Below, in pieces: positions 41,311-64,000 of a DNA stretch of 64,000 nucleotides (its first letter is position 1; each line of letters starts with the position of its first letter). Source of the stretch: the human T2T-CHM13v2.0 reference genome, Homo sapiens; the NCBI RefSeq assembly GCF_009914755.1, contig NC_060932.1; one strand, written 5' to 3'. Below the pieces are notes generated by a model, which saw only the letters and a list, made by a program, of their open reading frames with translations, was not told the DNA's origin and made no database searches. Position numbers and translations under genes: made by a program.

Positions 41311-42431
41311 AAAACTTAAAAAGAGAACTCAGCAAGAAAAAAAGCTAATATGATTTTTAAAAACTTAATCTATACAAGATTATAAATTTCTGAAGTTCTA
41401 AACTGAAGAGAATTACCAGAATCAAAGGTCTCAAAAACAGAAAGGTTATTTCTCTGAATGAAGATGACAAAGCATTATTAAAGTTAAATGTTATTCTTAA
41501 GTTGTGGCAAGAACCTAAATACTAATAATGTTGCAGTTAGAATAAGGTATACTGAAATTCCGTAAGAGATGATAAAATACCAGTTTATCACCACTTCAAA
41601 GATCAAAGGTTCATGACACCGGTAAACTATTAACATGCCTTCCAACTCAAAGGCCCAAAGGAAGACAAAGCAGCACCATCCTCAGAACAGCAGCGTTCTA
41701 CTCACTTAAGGCCTTCAGATGAAAATGGTTTGAAAACTCCTGCTATACTTTATATATACTTAATTCTGATATCCAGGGCCCCAAAAGTGGACATGAATCT
41801 TTTGCTCTCTGGGAAAAATTTTAATCTCCTCTTGGGTACGTAGTAATCAAGAGTTACACTTATTTCTTTTACATCTGTTATTTCCATGAGAACTTTGAGA
41901 GTTTTCTATCTGAAGCGAACACTTTGTGATTCTAAGAAAATCATACTGGCTCCAACTTTAGGCTGGGTTCCTTTTGCTAAAAGAAACAAACTTGGTATTT
42001 ATGTTTTTTGTCTTAGCTATTTATAATTTGATTATGTAAGTATATCACTTTTACTTTTTAAAGAAGTTTTAACTTTTAAATAACTATTTATACTTAATAC
42101 TTTCTAATAGATGGCATTTTTTAGGGTGCAATTTTTATTGTTAAGATATTTCTACCTGATTAAAAGAAAATAGAGCAATTCAAACTCAGAATTTTCTGAG
42201 ACCACTTTTATCAGTGTTGATGCATTTTAGTAACAATCAGTAGTAAAACTGCTACAAAATGAAACATGGAAATACACAACTGTGACTTAATGAGGCTTCA
42301 AACAGGTAAAGGACTTCAGACTAGTTAAATTAAGTATATCTGAAAATAGAGATTACATGTCTGTAAACAGTAGAAAAGAGGCAGAAGCTCATATAACATT
42401 TTCCATATGTGTTTAGAAAAAGGAAAACAAA

Positions 42432-42760
<329 letters not shown>

Positions 42761-43701
42761 CTAAGTTTCACAACAAACTAGTAACCTTGCTTTACTTTCA
42801 GGGAGGGAGAACGAGGTGGCCACAGGCAAAAGTGGGAATGGAATTTCCTACTCATAAACTTTTGTACTTTTTCAATTTTTAACCACAAAAATAACTACCA
42901 ACAAAATTTGTTTTAAGTAAAGGCCCCTTTAGAGTTTAGTGATGCTATTTTTTAAGTGCTTAATGTTCTATCGGTGAAAAAATCAATTCCCCAAATCTAC
43001 TATCTGAAACATAGTAAGTTGTCCCTTAAGGAGACAATCTTGAGTTTACAGCAGATAACATAGCACAAAAACCTATTTGGCAAATGAAATTAAGACAGTG
43101 ATAAAAAAAATTTTCACATATGCACATGCAACCAAAATAACTATAACACGGTTTTCAGCTGTTAAAGAATAAAAAGGCTAGTCATATCGTACATAAATGT
43201 AAGTTATCAATATTACAAAAAGGAACAAATTATCCAGAAGACAGTTAAGCCTAAAGTACTCATAAGCCATGTGGAGGAGCGTGAAGAACTTTCCTTAAAT
43301 TATATAGTCCTGCAAAATAAAAAGGATTATGGCCAATTTACCTAGTAACCAATACAATTGCTTATGAACTTTTAAAAAAGAACATGGTCATTTTATTAAT
43401 TCTTATATTTTATAAATTTTGACATAGCTTTCATAGTAACTATTTCTGTGAAAGTATAAATATATCAACTTGGTTTTAGTTAACTAGAATCAGTATTAAG
43501 AAAGCATTCTGACAAGGCACAGAGGCTCATGCCTGTATTCCCAGTACTTCGGGAGGCCAAGGTGAGAGGATCATTCGAGTCTGGAAATTTGGGATCAGCC
43601 TGGACAATGCAGCAAGACCCCATCTCCGCAAAAAAATAATAATAATTTTTTTTAAAAAAAATCATTCTTACACTTAAGAAATAAATCTTATCTCCTCTTG
43701 A

Positions 43702-44330
43702 ACTAGTCCCCAGTTATCCATGGTTTTGCTTTCCATGGTTTCAGTTATCTATGGTCTGAAAATATTAAATGAAAAATTCCAGAAATAAACAATTCATCAG
43801 TTTTAAACTGTACATTGTTCTGAGTAGCATGAAGACAGCCTGTACCATCCTACTCTGTCTCACTTGGAATACAGATCATCCCTTTGTCCAGTGTGTGTCA
43901 CTGTAATGCTACCTACCCATTAGTCATCCACATCATCAGGGCTCGATGAGGCAGGACCACCTGAAGCAGATGAGCCTCCTTCTGATGGATCATCAGAAGG
44001 TCAACAGCAGCCTAACACTTAGTCACAATGCCTACATCATTCACTTCGCCTCATCTCATCAAATGAACAGGGGTGAGTACAGTGCAAGACACTGTGAGAG
44101 ACAGAAAGACTACACTCATATTACTTTCATAACAGTATCTTGTTATAATTATTCTATTTGATTAAGTTATTATTGTTAATCTCTTCCTATGCCTAATTTA
44201 TAAATAAAACTTATCAGTACATATGTATCGGAAAAAACGTGGTATACATAGGGTTAGGTACTATCCGTGGTTTCAGGCATCCACTCAGGGTCTTAGAACA
44301 TATCCCTCCATGGATAAGTGAGGGACTATC
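43702..44330. mobile_element. MER44/Tigger7-derived element
   Basis: Terminal inverted repeats TAGTCCCCAGTTATCCATGG and CCATGGATAAGTGAGGGACTA. Confidence 0.8.
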
Positions 44331-44403
44331 ATACTGGTAATTATCTTTGCTATTTATTTTAAAACAGGAGTTGCAAGCATTTTTATATAAAAATAAGAAT
44401 CTA

Positions 44404-44565
<162 letters not shown>

Positions 44566-44804
44566 CTATGAGGTAGGGGGCAATACCACTCAGTTATAGA
44601 CACCTTCTATATATATCCTGAATGCTTTTATGCTCAATTAGCCTAATAATAATAAAACCACATATCAACCTTTAAGGTTTTAAAAGCATTAAATTAATAT
44701 TTTTCCTCAAAGGCTTTGTAAGAGTTTAATTCCTTTTAAAAATTTCTTCAAATACTTAAAAGTTTACATGTGAAAATTGGATTTAAGTACTGTTTAAAGG
44801 CTAC

Positions 44805-45523
44805 TAAAACCACCTTTGCAAAGATTATGACAGTGAGAGAAATTGAACATGGCTGACTCCATCTTGCTTCTAGTGTCACAGGCTGGCTGTCTTCCCTCTT
44901 TCCTGGGCACAGGCCAAGTTAACCATGGAAGGAATTTAGTTTAACTTTGATGCAAAGATGGTAACAGTCCTTCCCTAAAATCGATCCCTCCTTGTTCAGA
45001 GCCTGAGATCACCTTTGTTAAGACTAATGAAATGCCAGAGGATTAGGATTATGGGACAGGCCTGAACTCTGCTAAAATGTAGACATAGTTTCTATAATCC
45101 CTCACTGCTCAGGAGTCATGTGGCCAGAGGACACAAAGTGTGTGACTTCCCCAATTGCTCCTATAGGTAACATTATTATTGTAGAACCTGAGATTGGTTT
45201 TTTGAGATGTTTTTCAGACTGACCCCTCCAGAACTCAGGCCCCTCACCCAGAGGTACAGAAGGACCAGTTCCCACATCCCTATGATTGCATCCCCAATCA
45301 ATCAGCAGCACCCATTCCCTAGTCACCTAGGAATAGTTACCACCAAACTATTCTTGTAAAACCCTAACCTCCAAGTCTTCAGGGAGACTAATGTGAGTAA
45401 TAACTTCGTCTCCTGCATGGCCAGCCTTGCATTAATAAAACTCTTTCTTAACCGCAATAGCGCAGTCTCAGTGAATTGGTTTTGTCTGTGTAGTGGGCGG
45501 GAAGAAGCTGTCAGGTGATTACA
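44805..45523 (+). mobile_element. Solo ERV1 LTR (LTR8A-like)
   Basis: Starts T(A)AAACCACCTTTGCAAAGATTATGACAGTGAGAG, ends GATTACA, internal AATAAA, 4-bp TSD CTAC/CTAT. Confidence 0.85.
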
Positions 45524-45708
45524 CTATGAACAATGTAAACTTACAACGAGTACCTCTAGTATCCAGATTATAGTTTCTAATAGCATTGCCTACACCCCAC
45601 TCCCAAAAGAAGTCAGGGATCTCTGGAGGAATGCCTGATTCCAGTTTTGAGGCAAGAAATGTATAGAATATGCCAGGGTCATCTTCTCACGCCAGTTTTT
45701 ACCAGCTA

Positions 45709-48743
<3,035 letters not shown>

Positions 48744-48901
48744 TGTACAGAAGAAAAATTCACTCTCTTCAATGTTCACTAAAACGTTGAAATTGTAGAT
48801 ACAATATAGCTAATATCTATGAACAACCATGTCTATAAATAGCAAGCTATAAATTTCATTTTTTCCATAATTCCCTGTAAAAATTTAAGAAATAATCAAT
48901 A

Positions 48902-49602
<701 letters not shown>

Positions 49603-49755
49603 TCACCTTAAGTATTTGTCTAGTATATAAATATATCAGAATAACGGAAATTTATTACATATGCAATATTTATATAGTAGTCTATGATGATAATAGGCTT
49701 TACACTTCACAACACAGAATCACATTATAGAAACCTCAGATTCACACATACTCAC

Positions 49756-49910
49756 CTCTGCTGTCATTCTAGCAAATAAGTCAGGAGGAATATTCCCACA
49801 GAGGACATTTTTCCTTAAATTTGGATTTTTTGCATCTTTAAGATTTGATATCCTACTTCGTACTCTATTTTTGTATTTCATGTCTGTATTCCTTATTTCT
49901 TGATATATAG
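49756..49910 (-). CDS. TCEA1: TCEA1 exon 7 (A|[25 protein letters not shown]...ARMTAE)
   Basis: TFIIS central domain; acceptor is AC (GGTAC|CT), donor GAG|GTGAGT, 155 bp. Confidence 0.96.
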
Positions 49911-49920
49911 GTACCAGGCC

Positions 49921-49929
49921 GTTAAGGAA
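49921..49929 (-). promoter_or_regulatory. U12 branch-point sequence TTCCTTAAC
   Basis: Exact U12 branch consensus ending 10 nt before the exon 7 junction. Confidence 0.92.
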
Positions 49930-49943
49930 AAAAGGCAAAATTA

Positions 49944-50710
<767 letters not shown>

Positions 50711-51499
50711 AGTCATGTTTTATTTCCTAAATGTTTAGTGCCAGCAGTATGCAAGTCAACAGGGTTTCAAAAAGTAACTCAAGTACTCAACATGAGAAAG
50801 CACATGTTTGAAAAGGAGCTTGAACTTATTCAAGCTTTACTTGCCCAAATCCGAATTCTACTAAGGATCCTAAAGTCTCTCTGGTCACACAGTTCCCACA
50901 GGGTCTCTGAGAAGAGACCATTCAGCATGGCCGTGAGGGTTCCTCTCCTCCCCCAGCTCAGCAGGAGCTACCTCAGCAGGCTCTTCTTCTCTGCAGAAGA
51001 GGCCACTGCCAAAGCTGAACCCTGGAACAGCTCCCTTCCTAATAAGGCCATTTCCTCAACCAGGACAATCTCATGTTACACAGCCACCTAGATGCTCCCT
51101 GCCCCTACTCACACACAGTACCCCTCTCCTGGAGCCCTTTCCCGGTGCTTAGCAAGAACACGCTTCCTCTGGGATAATGAGCTCAGGTGACTGTGTGTGC
51201 TCTGAGGTCCCCCTAACTGAGAAGTCTTCACATTTATATGTGTGTGCTTTCCATGCCCTTTTGCACAACTTAAATTCAGACACTACAGTCTCAATCTACA
51301 AGGCAGAAAAATTTAAATGTCATAAATGCCATCAATACTGTACTTTCCTTTTCAATAACAGGAAAAACAAGACAAATAAAATGACATAGATGTCCCTCTC
51401 CTTTCCAAGAAAACAATACAATCAAGATAAAAAGTGAAGAATAAGACTTTGAATTCTATACCAACAGGAAAAATTAAGCTAGCAGATTACTTAAAACAA

Positions 51500-51833
51500 T
51501 TATGACCACTTGAAGTTGTGTGACACCAAGAGACCTTTCTGGCTGGTAGCAGAAGTAATAGATGTCACTCCTCAGCAGTAGTTTTGAAAGCCAGTATGCA
51601 ATTTATCCATTTTACCTTCTGCCACATCACCACTCACAATGGCCAATCCACCTGCCTGGTCCTAGAGGACAATGACCCAAAGCCCAGAGTCCTCAGCTAG
51701 CCTGTGATGAACATATAGGACAAATACATTCCTGTTTGTCCAGTTTAATCTGTGAAAGAAACCTCTGTGGTGTTAAGCCACTGAAATTTCAAGGTTGTCA
51801 CCATAATATAACACAGCCTGTCCTGCCAAGTAC
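51500..51833 (+). mobile_element. MLT1-like MaLR LTR remnant
   Basis: AAACCTCTGTGGTGTTAAGCCACTGAAATTTC...ACA resembles an MLT1 3' end. Confidence 0.55.
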
Positions 51834-52104
51834 ATAAAGTCAATCTTGGACACTCATGTTTTGCTAGGAAAGCGAAATTCTTTAGGTTTTCAAATTGCCA
51901 ACGAGATACACCCAATGTTCTCATGTATTTTGTAATCTCTTCTAATTATGTTATCGGTTTGCCTTTCTTGTTCTCAATCATATTTTCACTCTCCTGCTAT
52001 CTGAAGCAATTTTACTAGGGATTTATATGTTTCAGTTTCCAAAGAGCCAGGTCCTTTTAAACTTCGCTGTTTCTAGTTCATTCAGCTTCAACATGAAGGA
52101 AAAA

Positions 52105-52325
52105 GTCTAGCGTGGTGGTCAAGGTCATGGGCTTGGAGCCAAATTCCCTACAATGGAATCCCAGCCCTGTCAGTGTCAGGCTGTGTGATCTAGAACAATG
52201 ACCAATCCTCTTCTGCTTCTGTTTTCTCTCTGTAAAATGGGATGAGAGCACCTAATTCATTGGAAGGACTACTGCATGTAAAACCGTGCCTGGCATTTGC
52301 ATATGTTCAATAAATATTACTTATT
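52105..52325 (+). mobile_element. MIR
   Basis: CTGTGTGATCT...CTCTGTAAAATGGG...TTCAATAAATATTA. Confidence 0.7.
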
Positions 52326-52352
52326 AAAAAAAACAATTATGAATATACACAC

Positions 52353-52361
52353 AAAGGATAT
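52353..52361 (-). promoter_or_regulatory. U12 5' splice site ATATCCTTT
   Basis: Exact AT-AC donor consensus immediately after exon 6. Confidence 0.93.
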
Positions 52362-52418
52362 CTTCTTCAATTTGAGATCCTAATTCTTCCTCATCAGCTC
52401 CAATTGCAATGTAGTCAT
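52362..52418 (-). CDS. TCEA1: TCEA1 exon 6 (D|DYIAIGADEEELGSQIEE|A)
   Basis: TTTTTAG acceptor, 57 bp; frame joins exon 5 and exon 7. Confidence 0.95.
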
Positions 52419-53387
52419 CTAAAAATAGGCATAAAGAATTGTCAAATTATTGTAACAGATTAAAAGAAAATTCTAATACCAGGTAATTAAACTGCATTCC
52501 TATTTCTTAAACCCCATTTGCCTGACATAAAGAAACCGTTCAGTTTAGTTCGTTAGAATCTGATCACTTCACTGCCCGCTAGACTTCTTTTCTGGGCTTC
52601 ACCTGATACCCACAGTGCTCCTGCACTGATGATTCCTGATCCCTCAGGCACAGGAAGTAACTGATCTAGCAGGCAATTCATCTTTCGTAACTCCATAAAT
52701 TCTGGCTGCTCCAGCAGAGTAGAGAAAGTTACAGAAAGAACTGTCTAGTCTCCTGTGACTCAGGCTTCAATGCAAAGAAATCATTTAGTTAATCTGCCAA
52801 TCACATATACAGACACACTCAGAAGACTGCTATACAAATATGCAAGAGGATAGAAGGAAATAAACTAGGCAGAAAAAATAAAAGAGACAGTCAGGAAATC
52901 AAAGTAGAAAGGGCAGAGTAAGGAGAAAATCAGGTCAAACTAGCCATGGTGCAGAATGAGAGAAAAGAAAAAGGATGAATTCGTATAAAATAACAAATAT
53001 TCCTGTATATAAAACTTTAAATCCAAATGTTACATGTTAAGACTGGATACTTTCAAATTAAATTAAGCTCCCATATATAAATCAAGACTCACCCTCCCTT
53101 TTTCTAACTAGAAAATGGAAAACATTCATACTATATGTCATACTATTCAACAATTCAGTATTGTTAACTCTCAATATAAGATCAGGGTACGTAGTTTGCA
53201 GATTAAATTGTGGGGAAACAAAAGATTTGTGAGAAAAAAGTGTACATTACTATGAAATCAGGGAAAACATCCATGTATTAGAGGGAATCTATTTCTTACA
53301 ATTACATAGTAATAAGCAAATGCCCCAGTATTCCTCCTCCTCTCCCCCTTAACAGACCCGTATCAGCAACAACTTCTCCCCAAGCTA

Positions 53388-53810
<423 letters not shown>

Positions 53811-54021
53811 TTAAAAAGAAGTTAAAAATTTTACAATTTAGTAAAGTGACAAGTATGCCTTTTTTTTGAACTAAACATTTTATCTTTGATTCTCATTTTA
53901 AATATTAAGCAATATTTTTAATAGAGAAAATACCCATTATAGCTCAGTACAATAAATGAAAAGCAATGATCTTGGTATAAGGAGAGGGATGAAGGGATGG
54001 GACCAGAGAATGACAGCTTTC

Positions 54022-54110
54022 TTTTTTGAGACGGAGTCTTGCTCTGTCACCCAGGCTGGAGGGCAATGGTGCAATCTCGGCTCACTGCAAGCTCCACCTC
54101 CCAGGTTCAC
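54022..54110 (-). mobile_element. 5'-truncated AluY-like insert (89 bp) with 20-bp TSD
   Basis: ACCAGAGAATGACAGCTTTC at 54002-54021 and 54111-54130. Confidence 0.9.
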
Positions 54111-54179
54111 ACCAGAGAATGACAGCTTTCAACCAAAACTAGAGATAGAGAGAGAGAATGCTTGAAAAACTCTGTTTCA

Positions 54180-58647
<4,468 letters not shown>

Positions 58648-59046
58648 ACAAATTGCTAAATTCAAAAGGAAGAAAAAAAGCATGCAAAGGAGAATGAGAT
58701 CAAGGGCCAAAATAAATCTAAAAAAAAAAATGTGGTAAATAGAGGAAGCAACCATTTGAATCCCTAATCACTACCTCCATTATCAATTCCATCAGTGCCT
58801 ACCCCAGCAATCCCATTCAATTAAACTTGTTGAGTACAATATAAATAACTTCTTATTTATTCAATGTCTTCTACCTCTCAAATGTTCAAGAAATCTGAAA
58901 AAAAAATAAATTAGAATACATGGCTACATACATTTACTACTTCCATTTGATTAGAAAACAAAAAAAGGAGTGTAAATAGGGGAACATTAGACAGGGGAAT
59001 TGATGCAGGAAGTAAAACTATGACTTTCAATATAAATATATGTCTA

Positions 59047-59154
<108 letters not shown>

Positions 59155-59462
59155 TTATGAAATCTCTTAAGTTGCTAGCATTTGTAAAAACTAAAAACTA
59201 AAATACTGCGTTAACAGGCTATTTGCACAACATGAACTAAAATCCTAAGTTTCCTACAAGTAGATGAAGTTTGCATAAGCTATTAGCATATGTACTATTT
59301 TTCACAATGCAAGTTCAGTCAACACTCCCAAATAAATTCCCTCATTTGGTGGGAACTACAAATTCACATGCCATGGGAACCTAAAGGGAGGAAAGTATAT
59401 GGAACAAAGAGATGGGAAGAATATGGAAATATCTGCACTGTTACTTTAAAAATGAAAGCACA

Positions 59463-60875
<1,413 letters not shown>

Positions 60876-61689
60876 CATAGCCTTGAAGCTAAGTTCAGAA
60901 AACGTTTGGGTCTACTGTACAAAGTATACCAGTTAAGTACATTTTGCTCCCTACATAAGCAATAAAGGCTACATAAAGAATTCTTTCAATTCTTCACATC
61001 TCTCTGTATAGAATATAGAAGAAACTATATCCAACTGGATAGCAGAATCACCTAGGGAGCTTTTAAACATATCCTCATGCCAAGCTCCGAACCAGATCCA
61101 TTCAATCCAAATCTCTGGCAGTGAGGCGCAAGCATCATTATTTTTTAAAGTTCCTTAGACAACTCTAATATATAGTTGTCTGGATGAGAATCACTGATAA
61201 GAGAATGGTTGAAATCACAACTGTAGAACTCATCTTGTAAAGTTGAAGTTTGTCAAACCTAAAACACAATTCAAGCCCTCTGATAAAACACGCACATACA
61301 CTTTAGTCTTCACATAATTTTACTGCTCCTTGTTATTCTCAATAATTTCCTTGAAGGCTCAAATCCCAAAGATGCTATAGTACTGTAACACTGAAAACAA
61401 AGATTAATAATGACACATGGCAAGGACTAAGAAATGGTCCAAAAGTAATAGGGTAGAAAGCATTTAAAAGGGAAAACTGATATAACAATGAAATATGATC
61501 CAGCAAGGATCCAATGCTGCCAAAGGGACAGCAGAACTATCTCACACACTGCTCTGGCACAGTGAATTAGTACAATCCTTTTAGACAGCAGAGCAGTAAG
61601 AGGCATGAACAGCCTCAGAAGCATTCCTACTATCTGATACGGTGTTGTGGGCAACACAGCCCAGCTAGCTGGGAAGGAGGTGCTCCAGC

Positions 61690-61920
61690 TCTGGACTCCA
61701 GCTGTCTGCAATCAAGTCCCAGCTTGGCTATTCACCACTGATTCAACTGTGTGCAAGGTATTTAACCGCTCAGTGCCTCAGATTCCTCATCATAAAATGG
61801 AGATTATAATAGCACCTACCAAATTGGATTGTTGTGAGGATTAAATGCATTAATACAGGTCAATGCTTGGCACATCTTAAGTACTCAACAATGTGCTACC
61901 TAGTAGCAGTAGTAGTAAAT
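61690..61920 (+). mobile_element. MIR
   Basis: CTCAGTGCCTCAGATTCCTCATCATAAAATGG...GTTGTGAGGATTAAATG. Confidence 0.8.
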
Positions 61921-62271
61921 GTAGAAATCTAGCTAACAATGTAAAGAAAAAGCTTTAGGCAGAAAGATATCCATCAAGACATTAGTTACAACCACCATAA
62001 AGTTAAAAACAAGAAATCTAACAACTGGCAAGTGATCAACTAAAATATGGTATAGTCAACTGAATAAATCATTCTGAAACCAATAAAAATAATAGTTATG
62101 ATAGAAAAACAAACTATTTTCATTAAAAAAGGTAATATAAATTAAGTACACACACAGCATAGGTAAAATTATAGTAGGGGTAAAATTTATGCAAATTAAA
62201 TTTGAATAGTAATGTATTACAATCCATTATACAGAAAAGGAACCTGCGAGTCTACACTAATGGATAACTAG

Positions 62272-63810
<1,539 letters not shown>

Positions 63811-64000
63811 CATATTCAGGAGGCATACATACTTTCTTCTATAGGAAATGACCTTGTTTCTTTTAGCCCTACTTGAGGCAGGGGACCAGGAATGAGGGGG
63901 AAGGGACAGGATATATACACACACACACATAAAATTTTAAAGCATGGCCCACAACAGTAATTTTTTTTATTGGGTTTGTGCAATTAATGTGAAAGACAAA

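Noticed and set aside
41830-41990. Possible cryptic TCEA1 exon after minus-strand GTTTCTTTTAG
   Set aside because: No convincing donor and no recognisable coding similarity.

Overview
Primate (most likely human, chr8q11.23) genomic DNA with two convergent protein-coding genes. On + are the last four coding exons of RGS20; from the ATG at 4963 they splice into the 217-aa RGSZ1 frame, followed by the 3'UTR. On - are exons 4-10 and the 3'UTR of TCEA1 (TFIIS), with exon numbering recalled from the known gene. TCEA1 intron 6 is a minor-spliceosome (U12) AT-AC intron. Intron 8 holds an antisense ESF1 processed pseudogene; intron 7 holds a solo LTR8A-like element and a full-length Tigger1. The rest is Alu-dense repeat sequence, L1/L2/MIR/DNA-transposon remnants and a ~2.3 kb AT-rich VNTR. 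I see no new protein-coding system, and almost all short ORFs in the track are Alu/L1/VNTR artefacts. The most unusual structures are a 273-bp non-Alu foldback next to an inverted Alu pair, an 82-bp templated insertion capping the VNTR, an apparent ancient copy of TCEA1 3'UTR inside intron 9, and several template-switch scars. Gene and repeat names come from recall, not database searches.
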